In this document: positions 11,769-25,114 of the stretch, piece by piece
Layout: each line of letters opens with the position of its first letter
Position numbering within the stretch: position 1 is the stretch's first letter
NCBI GenBank assembly: GCA_023213395.1
Contig: CM041465.1
Span: 173,731,741 to 173,795,740 of the forward strand
DNA length: 64,000 nucleotides
Direction: 5' to 3'
Origin: Cycas panzhihuaensis
Lineage: Eukaryota > Plantae > Cycadophyta
Made by a program: the position numbers and the translations under genes
Notes under the pieces: generated by a model
Told to the model about the DNA's origin: nothing
Database searches by the model: none
What the model saw: only the letters and a program-made list of their open reading frames with translations

Positions 11769-14700
11769 TGTTGCGGTTATAATTGACACCCGTACATTTA
11801 GGGAAAGGAATGTATGACGACAATCTAGCAAAACAAGGGGTATCTTGAAAGGCAACCATTCGGCGTGCATTTGGGACAGAGAATGGATGAAACTGAACCT
11901 AGAATGCAGTCTGTCCCGCTGCAAGAACGAACACTATACAACAAGAATGGATTGAACAAAGAATGGAACGAACACTGGATAGCAAGAATGTAACAGACAA
12001 AAAAGAATAGACGCGGAACAAATGTGACACATGGACAACCGTACAGACGGAGGATTGTATTAAGAGGTTAACAAACGGTGATTAAGGATTGAACAGGCAT
12101 CCATTTGGAAGAACGGACGATTGCAATTGTAGACACAACTATTCTGTGATAGGAATACATAGTGTATTTAAACACATCCACCAATTGGGATGGATGTGAG
12201 AGCTGAGTTAGTAATTCTAACAATACCTAATCTGGTACAGTTGACTAGTCAAACTAGAATGGACTTTGTATGATGTAATATTGACTATTATCTAATAAAA
12301 TAAGAGAGTTACATGGAAAAGCATGTGTACTTATTGAGGAATGCATGGTGAATGTATGTGTATGAGTTACTTGTGGACTTATGTGGCTTAATAAATGAAG
12401 ACTATGTATGTTGACCACTTGCACACACCCTAGACTACAGTGGAAACCCTTGACAAGTGAAGATCTTACAATAAGGAGTAAATGTGAAGATCTTACAATA
12501 AGGAGTAAATCTATAAGTCAACATTGGTTCTGTTGCCCAAGTCCACTAGCAGAGGAAAGAAAAATCGGAAAATCCATGTGCAAAGGATAGGTCACCCTGG
12601 CTATCACAGTGATGGCAGACTCTAACTAAGCCTAGGCAGCTAGGGGGGACCTTCCAATGCCACCAAAATGGCCTTCGAAGGCAGAAGATTCGCAAACAAA
12701 ACCTCAAGAAATAATGGAATCAAGCAGGCAAAGAGCCTTAAGATGGCCCCCAGAAAATAAGTTAAGGACAACAAGGAATGAATCAGTGAAAGGATCTGAG
12801 GCAAGTGGAGCCCAGACACCACGACGAATAGAAATTAGAGGCCAAGGGGAGCCCATGACAATCACACCTGCTCCAAAGAAATATCACAACAAAGGGAAGG
12901 ATATTAAGCAGGAGGAAGAAGAAACAAATAACCTTGAGACGAAACAAAGTTTGGACTCTACTCCGAAGGACCTGAGTGGCAACAAGGAAAAGGCAGAGGA
13001 AGGTCCCCAGGCACATTGGGAAAACCATTTGATTAGGCAACCTTTTGAAGATCCACCAGAGGGAAGCGGGGATCAATCATATATAATAACAACTGTAGCG
13101 GCGGAAATACTAGGAGTACCAAGGATAATCCAACTTAAATCACCTATACGTAATCCTTTGTTTGGGAAAGGGAATAGTAGGGAAGAAACACCTCCAAGGA
13201 GACTCTACAAGAAGTTTCCGAAATAAAGGCAACAACTGCACCTCAAAGAGAGGAGGGGAGGAATAGTTTTACAATGGCACACCATAGGGAATTTGGAAAA
13301 CTCATTTTCGATGACTCGACCAATGCTGCAGAACACATCTACTTACTCCAAAGATTGATTAATCTTGAAAAAATCACAGATGAAAATGAAATTAAAGAGA
13401 GAATTGCGTATTCATTAAGGGGTGTACCATTAGCATGGTATAAAAAGCTAGACCCATACAAATCTTGGAATGAAATCAAAAAAGAGTTCGAAACGAAGTT
13501 TTTGAAGTATAGCAACAATGATATCATAGAACTAACACTGAGAGAGATACAACAAAAGCCAGGGGAGTTCGTCATGACATACATTAGCAGAATAGATATG
13601 ATCGTTGTTGCCATGAGAAACAACGAGAAGATCACGAACTTAAGTATGCATACTTTCTTTGTGAACGGATTGAACGCCAAGCTAAGGAATGCAATGGCAT
13701 CGCATCCCTTGAAATCGTACAAACACGTGCAAGAATTGGCCTTGGACTTTGAAAAAGAAATAGACGCTAAGAGAATAGCCTATGACCCCTTAGTGATAAG
13801 ATTGCAAGAAGAAATAAATGAATTGAGGACACAAAACTTGAATAGACCTTTATTTCAAATGACTAAGACAGAGGAGAATATGGAGATAGAAACCCTGAGG
13901 AAGGAAGTGGCTAGACTAAAATTACAACATTGAGATAACCCCATAGAGGAATCCGACAAACATCGGGGTAAAGAACCCCCAATTGAGAAATGGTGTCACA
14001 TTTGTGAAGAGCATACTCACACCACGAAGGAGTGTGAATGTAATGCAAGAAACCGTAAACAAAATGCTTAGTGCCATATTTGCGACCAAGGAACACATAA
14101 TATGCAGGATTGTTATTTCAATACCAGAGGCACCAACACTCGAGGAAGAGGGTGAGGGAGAAACAATATGAATATTCGAACAATATACACAACAAGGACA
14201 CAACTGGAGAACCCAAGGAAGAAACCTCCATTGGGAAGATGTTTGATATCTTTGGAATATGGACACTGAAAGTCAGACTGTCCAATAGCAAAGATTTAGA
14301 AGGAATGCCCATACTTATGTAAAAATTGTGGTCCAAACACTCATACCACCAAGGAGTGCAAAGGCATGGGTAAGGCCCTAAACAGAGTGATGATTATACC
14401 GAGATCTCCAAAAAGCGTCGACCTGCAAAACCATAGAAATGAAGGAGAAAAAGACTACCCTAACCCAAAGGTAGAAATTAACCATTTTGCTATCGCTACG
14501 AAAGCATTGGAAGAAGCTGCACAAGAGGAAGCAATTAAATCACTACCCCTAGGGAAACCAGAAATAAAGCAAGTATATTGGAGGAAGAACAAGAAAGCAG
14601 AGAAGTAAGCATTACTGGAGAACTTAAAAGAAAACCCCAAGACAGAGGAACTCTTGCAGAAATTAACACTCATGGAAGACTTAGTCAACCAATTGAACTT

Positions 14701-16879
14701 AACCATTCCATTGGGGAAAGTTATCGAATGGATAAAAAGAGGGAAGATACATCTGAAGGAAGCCTATAGAAGCCTATATAAAATCAAACCATGTTATGAC
14801 CTGGATCTGTCAATGGATATCAACATTTTGGAGGTAAACCTCAAAAACATTATTGTAGATGGAGGAGCAACTGTGAATGTATTACCAACCCAAACATGGA
14901 AGAAGCTAGGGAACCCACGATTATCACCCACAAATTATTCATTGAAGTTGCCCAATGAATTATTAGTCAAACCAGTGGGACAATTACAGAATATTCAAGT
15001 GAATGTAGCTAGCATTATCGTTCTCGTTGATTTCACAATCGTAGACATCGTCAAGGACATGGTCAGCTACCTGATATTATTAGGAAGACCGCGGTTATAT
15101 CAGACAGAATGCTTGCAAAGTTGGAAAGATATAACATTCACCCTTATGGATGGAGGAATCAAGGTCGTCATCCCCATGCTGGCTAAAGGAAAGTACACTG
15201 TGGAAGTGATTCCGGACGACGCATCCAGCACAACAATCGCCACCCAAGAGGCTTCCTCCACTTTCGACGAAGCCAATCTATACCATACAACAGAAAAAAT
15301 CAACCATATGAACGATGCCCAGGAATAAGAAGCCAACATTTACGAGGAGCTCCCATCAGAAGCATCATCCAACGAAGAAAAAACCAACAATATGGTTCAA
15401 TATTGGATGGACAACTCATATGAAGTACAACACTCTTCATTTCACTGTAATTTCTTATCAAAATGTTTTTCAATTGACAATGAATCAAATAATAATTTAG
15501 ATTATACGTGTGTCAATAATCTTAATAGACCATTAGATAGTAGCTTAGTAGAAGTTGAATTTCAAGTAAAAAACAAAGTGCATGTAAGACCCCTCATTCA
15601 TCTTATCCCCATCCCTACCCCCTTTTCTAACCCCCCATCCCCACTTTCCATCCCTAGAGCTAATTCGGGAGATTTGGCCAATCTCCCTTCCAACTCTAAG
15701 GAAATCTTTCCAAACCCCTCTACCAAAAACCAGTAGGTTAAGGTAGAATATCCCACCCCTGACCAAAATTCCTCCCTGAATTCCCCAGGATTCCTTTTTG
15801 TAAACCCTCACAGCAAAACCGAAATTGAGGATAGCCTCTGAGGGATAACAGAAACCACCCATCTCATGGAACTTATACCAGAAGACAAAACAGCAAGGCA
15901 AAAACAACTACCCCCCTTCTCAGGAAAGAAAATGGAAGGTACAAAACACCTAATCCATTGTATGGAACATTGGTTACAATACAAGATATTACATAAAACA
16001 CAGTGGATTATTGATTTTGTAACTACCCTTCATGACCATGCATGGTGGTGGTACATAGCCCATCACCATACCCTATAAACATCGAAAAATTTACAATTAA
16101 CCTTTAGATTTAGGTTTGATCCACCTCATAACCTAATAATTGCAGGATAGATATTGTAGTTATAATTAACAACTATACATTTGGGGAAAAGAATGTGTAA
16201 CAAAAAATTGGCAAAATAAGGGGTATCTTGCAAGGCAACCATTTGACATGCATTTGGGACAGAGAATGGATGAAACAGAACCTAGAATGCAGTCCATCCC
16301 GCCGCAAGAACAAACACTGTACAACAGGAACACATTGAACAAAGAAAGGAACGAACACTGGACAATAGGAACGCAGCAGACAGAAAGGAACGGACACGGA
16401 ACGGATGTGACACGTGGACAGCCGTATGGACAGAGGATTGTATTAAAAGGTTAACAAAGGGTGATTAAGGATTGAACAAGTATCCATTTGGAAGAACGAA
16501 TGGTTGCAGCTGTAGATGCAATCGTTCCGTGACAGGAATGCATAGTGTATTTAAACACATCCGCCCATTGGTATGGATGTGAGCGCTGAGTTAGTGATTC
16601 CAATAACACCTAATCTGGTACAGTTGACCAATCAGACCGGAATTGACTTTGTATGATGTAATATTGACTATTATCTAATAAAATAAGAGAGTTACATGGA
16701 AAAGCATGTGTACTTATTGAGGAATGCATGGTGAATGTATGTGTATGAGTTACTTGTGGACTTATGTGGCTTAATAAATGAAGACTATGTATGTTAACCA
16801 CTTGCACACACCCTAGACTACAATGGAAACACTTGATGAGTGAAGATCTTGCAATAAGGAGCAAATCTATAAGTCAACA
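11769..16879 (+). mobile_element. Element C: complete pol-less (TR-GAG-like) LTR retrotransposon, 5.1 kb
   Basis: LTRs 11769-12523 and 16152-16879 (length difference equals a 27-bp tandem duplication in the 5' LTR); TSD TTCTC; PBS TGGTTCTGTTGCC. Confidence 0.92.
12657..16150 (+). pseudogene. Element C polyprotein: N-terminal domain, Ty3-type capsid, 4 CCHC knuckles, aspartic protease, linker, second capsid-like segment
   Basis: ORF pieces starting 13274, 14366, 14654, 15392 and 15866 share one frame, broken by point stops; SLRGVPLAWY gag motif; IIVDGGATVNVL protease; no RT/RNase H/INT. Confidence 0.8.
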
Positions 16880-19416
16880 TTCTCCTATAAAACTTTCCAC
16901 TTTGAACGATTATTGGAACGACTCTCCTATAAAACCTTCCACTCAAAACGGTTCACCAGAAATTTTCCAGGGGTAATTTTCATCCATTTCTTGATTTTAA
17001 TATATTGATATTAATGTTTATTCATTGCTCATAACTTAGGCTATAAGCCTCCCCTTAAAATTTTGTAATGTATTAGACTTTAGAATTATTTAATTAATTT
17101 GTCAGTGATGAGTCATCCAGGGTTACAATTCTCACATTATATGTGTCACCTAATTAGGGATTAGATTCTTTTTAAAACTTGTGTTTATGCACATACAGTG
17201 CACAATTAAGTTAATAAAAGATGATTTTACTTTGAGATTGTATCAATAATGTGAATGTAATTTTCATGTTATATTGATAGTTTGTCCTATAAAGTTAGAT
17301 CTCCATTCCTGTTAGATTTAATTTTTAATAGCTTACATGTTATCAAAGCAAGTTTTTAGTGTTGCATCAATCTATATTAGTGTTTAGGAAGTTCAACAAT
17401 TCACTTTTTAGTAGGTTTTACAGAATCTTAAATGATGCAAATTGCAAGTGTTTGTATAGAGACACTCCCTTATAAGGGTTGTTTTCAAACACAGTTATCT
17501 GAGTACTGTCAAGTAGACAAAACCAGTTTGTTAGGAGTAGCCACTAACAAGCTACAAATGCTTGTTTGTTTATTTACTAGTATAATTATTCAATGCTTGA
17601 AGATACTTGTTTAGTATGATTCATTAAATGTTTTTTATTCTACAGTGAACTATGCAATATTTATTATATGAATTTTTTTTTAAATCTTGCATGCATCTAT
17701 TAATCACTAACATGCAAAATATGTTGTGTTTTTCTAGCTCAATTGACTGCTCAATTTGTTAAGCAAATTGCACACTATTTTAATAGTGACATGCAGGGCT
17801 TGAACACAGACATGCAGGCTTAAACATAGACATGCAAGCTAGATTGAAGACATTTAGACAAGCAGATAGATACCTTTTACTTGGCCAATGACATGCAAGC
17901 TCAAAAAATCATATGCAAATAGACCCAAATAGAAAACACCTACATGCAGACAGTGAGCAATGAACCAAACACCTCTATTGAAAGATGAAATAAACCTCTA
18001 TTAAACACTAAATATAGTGTCAAATGGCAGCAAAAAAAAAGGGTGAAAGACCTCAGTTAAAATATTGATCTTCGTTAAAGTGATTGAACACCAAAGTTGA
18101 AGTGAATACACACAAAAAAAATGGGCTCTACTGAATATCTAAAGGATAGGTCACGTGACAAAATGATAAAAAGGCAAAAAATATATTAAAAAGTTTATTG
18201 ATCAATCTGTGTAAAAGGTGGCAAGATTAAAATGGGCATATTCTTGGGGAATATCCTAAAAGACATATCATAAAGTTTGTAACTATATGAAATAAATCAA
18301 ATTTTTTAATATTTTCACAGTCGCACAACCTGCATTAGTCCACAAGCAACCTACGGCAATTTCAATAACTTAAATCTCATTCAATCAGTCATTAAATCTT
18401 TTACAGACTGAGTTACCCATCTTGGAAGGAAGCAAAGAAGCTATCAGAACTCTCGATCAGTGAAAATCAGAGTTTTTTGAAGCCTTGTAGCCATAGAGAG
18501 TCGTACGCCCAAACAAAGACGCAAAGGACAAACTCTCTCATTTTAAGTCAAACAAAACACCGACCACGTAGTAGAGGAGTCACAAAGTGTTACCTACAAA
18601 GTTTCAGAGGCATCAAACAAGCAGAGAAAGCAAATAGAAGCCAAACAGAGGAAAATGAGTGCCCAAACAGTCAGAAAAATTCACTCATTTGATGCCCAAC
18701 AAAATAGAGATCAAAATATATTGAATATAGGTCTGTTACATGGCAAATGAGGTAGCATGCATATTAACAAGGTACAGGACCAAATTTGCTCTCAAATGAG
18801 AAATTTTGCTCACAAAAGGCCAAAAGTGAACATAGAAAGGAGATAAAAGTGTTTGCATAACCATGTGAAAAGAGGCTAGATGGCCTCAACAGTCCCTAGA
18901 TCTAGAAACTAGCATCACTCTAGTTCTAGTTGCAGAAATATAAACAAGTACAATAAACTCAAGGCAAAGAGAAAGCAAAGAGACAAAACTTGAATGAAGG
19001 AGCAAGAGAAAATGATACCCAATATGTGGAGTTGGAATTGGTCCAACCTCCCAAGAAGAAACAGTTTGATTAGCAAACTAATAGCATAACAATACAGCTC
19101 CAACTCTTGTGTGAGACAATGAGGAAAGGTCTCATTATATAGAGTGAAATGAGAGACCTAAGGCCTTGGATGTTTGACAAGTGTCAAACATCGAAGATAC
19201 ATGCCTTGCATGTTGGACATGTGTCCTTTTGGGCTCTCATGTGAGCAAAAGTGCATGAGGGTCCATTTGACCCTTTAGTGACAACGTTGTGTCACTAGAA
19301 AGAATGTGGGTGTGCACTTTATCACTTAAGTGATAAGTCACCCCTAAAGTAAAAAGTGCATATATTACATGAAAAATAAAGTACATTAACTTAACATTTA
19401 AACATAAGGTTTAACA

Positions 19417-22400
19417 CCCCTTATTGTTTACAATGTTAAGTCGGTTCAAGACCATCTCTGAATTTTACAAACTTTTCTCTACCAAGAGGTTTGGTAAAGA
19501 TGTCTGCATCTGCTCTCTGTGAGTCTATCTTTGGAGGTTGATCTCACCATTCTGAACATGTTCTCTGATGAAGTGATGGTGAACCTCGATGTGTTTTGTC
19601 CGCGCATGAAAGACTGGATTCTTAGCTAACTTGAGCACACTTTGTTTGTCGCAATGTATCCTGGTGGGGTGACCCTGCTCAAGTCCAACTTCCCCAAGAA
19701 TCCGTCGTAGCCAAATAGCCTCACAAGCTGCGCTGACTGCAGCTTTGTACTGTGCTTTGGTGGAGGACAAGGTAACATTGGGTTGCTTCTTGCAACTCCA
19801 CGAAACAACTGCTGAACCAAGGGAAAACAAGATCCGAGGTTGATCTCTCGCTATCTTGGCAACCCGCTCAATTAGAATCGACAACCCTTCCGTAGTGAAG
19901 TTCTCATTATGTGCATACTCAAGGCCATCTTTGTAATGTGCCTTTGATGTACTTAAGTATACGTTTGGTGCATTCCAGGTATCGATTGGGTTGAGACATG
20001 TAACGTGAGCAAATCCCAACGACAAATAAAATATCGTAGAGTGTTGGTGAGATAAATGAGACTCCCAATCAATCAGCTGCCGGTAAAGTGTGGGATCTGG
20101 CTGCGGCTTCCTCATTGAGAGTAAGCTTAGATCCATTCTCCATAGGTGTAGGCGCAGTTTTGCAATCGTGCATCTGAATCAAGCAAAATGTCCCAAGAAT
20201 ATTTCGCTTGGGAGATGAAGATATAGCTTTGTTGCCATATCTCAAAGCCTAAAAATAATGGAGAAGTCCAAGATCTGTCATCTCAAAACTTCTCTTCAAA
20301 TCATCTTGGAGAATATGAATCATCTTAGTGTCGCTACCAGTGATCACTAAGTCATCTATATACAAGGCAACAAAAATCACATGGTTTTTCCATTTTTATA
20401 TCTGATTAGGATCAAGTAGATCGATGAAACCCATGTCTCAAGAAGTAGTCATCGATCTTCGAGTACCATGCCCTTGGAGCTTGCTTCAAGCCATATGATG
20501 CCTTTTTTAGGCGATATACAAGATGCTCCTTGCCTTGTACTTTGTATCAGGAGGTTGCTCCAAATACACCTCCTCACGAAGATCGCCATTAAGAAAGGCG
20601 CTCTTCACGTCCATCTGATAAGCAGGCCATTTGCATTGAGCGGTAAGGCCAAGAGAAGTCGATGGTATTCATGTTTGCCACGGTGCAAAAGTTTCTTCAT
20701 AATCTATGCCTTCTTTTTGTTTAAAACCTTTTTGCGACAAGGCGTGCTTTACGCCTTTTAAGTGAACCATCGAATGGAATTTGGTCTTGTAGACCCATTT
20801 GCAACTAATTGCTGTTTGTGTTTAGGCAATTTAACCAAATTCCAAGTACCATTCTTTTCAATAGAATGGATTTCTTCATCCATGGCGACCTTCCAATTTT
20901 CATTTTAGAAGCCTCCTCAAAGTGGAAGGCTCATCAACACAAAGCACTTGACCATAAGTGCATAATTGGTTTCTTCGATATTTAGATGGACGTTTTCCTT
21001 CAATGATGTGACCGCCCGAATCGCTTTGTATGTACCATTTGGGTAACTTTTGAATTGAAGTTACTTGAACCTCAATATCTTCTGGTGTAAGTGGTTGGTC
21101 AACAGAAGATGTGCTTGGATCAAGTGGAGCAAATTCAGTTGAAGTAGACAGTCCACATGGTGCAGATGATGAACATGGTGTAGAGGATTGAGAGGGAAGG
21201 AAGGCCTCAACAATCTTCTTGCCTTTGTCAATGGGAGGTTGCATGGATGTGGTTTACACCTCCTGATGATCTTCTTCAGCAAAGATGACATCTCTTGAGA
21301 GATGCATTTTCTTCCCTATAGGATCATACAACTTGTAGGCTTTGCTGTGAATGGCGGAACCTACAAAGATGCATTTTAGACTATGCTTGTCTAATTTCTT
21401 CCTTTGCTAATCGGGAATGTGCATATAAGCAGTGCACCCAAAAGTCCTTAAATGGCTGACAGTAGGCTTTTCACCAGACCATGCCTCCTCGGGTGTCATG
21501 TTGGTGGCTACCGTGTAGTAGGATTAGCCACATACATAGGCAGCTGTGTGAAATGCCTCTGCCCAGTAAGCTCGAGTGAGTCCTTGTGCATGCATCATAG
21601 CTTTGGCTTTATTGGCCAAAGTTCTGTTCATCCGTTTAGAGACTCCATTTTGTTGAGAAGTGTTAGGTATCGTCAGTTGTCTCCGAATGTCGTTATCCTT
21701 GCAGTATTGGGTGAATTCATTTGATGTAAATTCACCTCCATTATCTGTCCTGAATGTTTTGATTGAATGGCCAGACTCATTTTCCACTTCAAGTTTGAAT
21801 TCTTTGAACTTGGAAAATACTTCAGATTTGTGTTTGATGAAGTAAACCCAAACTTTGTGAGAAAAATCATCAATGAAGGAGATATAATACAAAGCTCCTC
21901 CAAAGATGATGTGGACATAGGTCCACACAAACCGAATGTACTAGGCTGCAGAGGATGTGATGCACGCTTTGCCTTTAGGGAAAGGCAAGCGATCTTGAGT
22001 TCCCATAATGCACGCCGCAAAGACATTTCGTTCCATAAATCTTAGGAAGCCCATGTACCATGTTCTTGTTGATCATCGCCTCAAATTGTCTAAGCTCAAA
22101 TGGCCTGACGTTGATGCCAAAGTTGCATCTTGGACAAGTAAGAAGTGACAATGGAACCGAGTAAGCGTAATCAAGTGTTATATTATTTGCATCCATCTTG
22201 TAGAGGCCTTGATCCTCATAGCCAATGACTACTACTTGGTCTTCTTTGTCACTAATTATACATTTCCGCTTTGGAACAATACACTCATCTGTTGCTTGTC
22301 CAACGGCTATGATTGTAAATTTTTGTCCATTGAAGGTATTAAATAGGCATTGCCATCGGGAAATGTGGAGGAAGGATTTGATGAGGAAAAGAATGGAGTT

Positions 22401-23595
22401 ATTGTGCCTACTCCAGAAATTTTGGTAGATTGATTATTCCCAAAGGTCACTGATTGACCTTTGCCTTCCTTGATGTTGGTGAGGAGCTCTTCACTTCCAG
22501 TCATGTGTTGTGAAGCTCCAGAATCAATAATCCAAGTTTCATCAACCTTGGATGTCTGATATGCACAAAACAGTTTGTCTTCATCTGCAAACTGATTAGA
22601 GTGGCGTTGATTGCCACCTCTGAAGCCCCCCCTTCCTCTTTGACCTCCTCGATAGGCACCTCGATTTGGTCGAGGGGGTTGTTGTTGCTGCTGTTGAAAC
22701 CGCTGCTGGTACTGCTGACGTGGCTGCTGCTGTCGCTGGTACTGCTGGTGTGGCTGTTGCTGTTGTTGGCACTGTTGGCGTGGCTGCTGTTGTTGGCGTA
22801 GATCTGCTTGCTTTTTCCGACACTCAGGTGCGATGTGGCCAGGTTTGCCACAATAATGACATACAACATTGGTCCTTGAAGACCCAATGTTCATGTTCCC
22901 AAACTGCTTTGAAAGTGCAGGTTTGAGTCACTGTTTGGCCTTTGAATTGGCGGTGAATGCACCTGATGTAGATGGTACCTCCTCATTATCTTTAGTGTAG
23001 ATTTGTTCTTCTTGAAGTAGTAGACTTTCAAATTCGTTGAATGTCATAGTTTTGAGGGAACCATCTCTTGTAGTAGATGAAATAAAGCCATTGTAGTCTT
23101 TTGGTAAGGCTTTGGTGATGGATGTGATCAATTCATCCTCGTTCTTTGGACTTCCAAGTGTATTCAATTCATTACATACCTCCTTGATGGAGGAAAGAAA
23201 AGCCGACATGGGCTTGATAAACTTAATAGAATACAATTTTGCTTTAACCATTAAAATGCGAGCTTGATCTCGCCTCATACAATGAGGACAACGTGTCCCA
23301 AACTTCTTTAAGTGTTAGCACCAAAGAATATTCGATCTACATTTACATCAACAATCATGTGAAGGAATGCCAAAGCAATTTCATCTTTGGCTTCCCATGC
23401 AGCAAGCAAAGCACCATCGGGTTGTACAAGAATATTTCTATTGGTAACGGTCTTTGGTCGAGGTAATCTCCCAGAAACATAACTCCAAAATTCGTTCATG
23501 ATAAGCAAGTTCTGAGTGAGTCTCTTCCATTCTTGATAATTATCTTGTCCTGTTAACCGAATAGTGCATGCATTTAGCATGTTTATGGCAGCCAT
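19417..23595 (-). pseudogene. Element A gag-pol (frameshifted as assembled, possibly intact in vivo)
   Basis: MAAINML start; CHYCGKPGHIAPEC; WIIDSGASQHMTG; RTDNGGEF; RT fragments; KNPVFHARTKHIEVHHHF. Confidence 0.88.
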
Positions 23596-24848
23596 GTTTC
23601 GGTTTATAAACACTTGAAGCTAGCAGATAACTTGGAAACTCAAAGCTTTTGTCGCTTAAGTTCCACCTTCTAACAAAACCAATACACGATCTTACTAGAA
23701 GATCCAACAACTGAATGGAATGATGAGGGGTGGAGGACTAGGCTATAGAGTTGGTCCAACTTGATCTTATAGAGAAGATCCAAATGTTGGCCATGTTAAA
23801 TCTAGGACAAGGCAGGTAGGGTTGATCTGCACGGACGTACCATGCTTTCCCTGGGATTCACAGCCCCAATAACACCCTTTTCAAACCTCCTTTCCCTCAA
23901 GCAACCTTAATTGTCGTGCACCCGACTGCATTCGGTTGGTCCCCTAAGGAATGCACCAAGCTTAAGGTTAATTTAGAGGCAAGGTTTGAACCTTTTCAAG
24001 CCTCTCCAGATTTTAAGTCACTTTTAGCGATTTTAAAGTGAACTTAGGTTCTTTTGCTTGGAAAATGTACTTATGAAAATGCTTTGATTAAGCTTTACAA
24101 AAAAGTGGCTTCAAGAGGAAGCAATGTAAGTACATGTATATGAACACTTGTAGTGTTTTTTTACAATGAGCACTTTAATGAAAATGTAGTGCTATGTTGA
24201 TCCAAGTAAGAAACCAAATGCTTGATTACAATAAGTTTTGCAAGATACTTTTTGAAAAAAGGCTTAAGTACTGAAAGAAGTAATGCAAAACTTGTGATGA
24301 AGATACAAGTGGGTTCCTTTTAATGTTGAACAAATGAGGGAAAGAGAGCCACTTGCATGAAAAACGACATCAAGCACCAAGTGTTGGGACTTTAAATTAG
24401 TCCCAACGATAAAAAAAGTGATTTTTATTAAGTATTTGAGCCCTCTTTGAGACTAAGGGCAATAGGTCACCATGCAAGGTGCCTTAAAAGTGTTTTAAAA
24501 TTTAGTGATGAGTATCACTTTTTGAAAACAAAAAAAAAAACACTTAAAATCACTTAATTAACACTTGTTCAAACAATAACTAAGTGTTAAAACTTTTAAG
24601 AGCCAAAACATAGCCTAAAATTTGAAATTTTTTTTTGCAATTTGAACACTAAAGTCTTTGGACAATTTGTGTTGAGGCTATGGGGCCCACTAAGGTCGCT
24701 AGACAGTGGCTGAAATTTTGAAAACAAAGTGCGATCGTGAGGGACAATTTGGATGAAAAGACGGTGGCTGAAATTTGAAAGCAAAGTCTGGACTGTGAGG
24801 ACAGCTGGATGAAGAGGACAGCTGGCTGAGATTTGGCGCTTTTGATTC

Positions 24849-25114
24849 TCTGGAAACAACGCTTTTTCTGGCTGAAAAACAGCGCTTTTGACGGCTGAAA
24901 AACAGTGCTTTTGATGGCTGAAAACAGCGCTTTTGATGGCTGAAAACAGCGCTTTTGATGGCTGAAAAACAGCGCTTTTGATGGCTGAAAACAGCGCTTT
25001 TGACTGCTGAAAAACAGTGCTTTTGATGGCTGAAAACAGCACTTTTGATGGCTGAAAACAACGCTTTTGATGGCTGGAAATAGCGCTTTTGACTGGCTGG
25101 AAACAGTGCTTTTG
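24849..25114. repeat. Minisatellite, ~12 x 22-23 bp (GGCTGAAAACAGCGCTTTTGAT), in the leader of A
   Basis: Directly visible tandem units without unique spacers. Confidence 0.95.

Noticed and set aside
24849-25114. CRISPR-like array
   Set aside because: Units are contiguous with no unique spacers, there are no cas genes, and it lies in a eukaryotic retrotransposon leader
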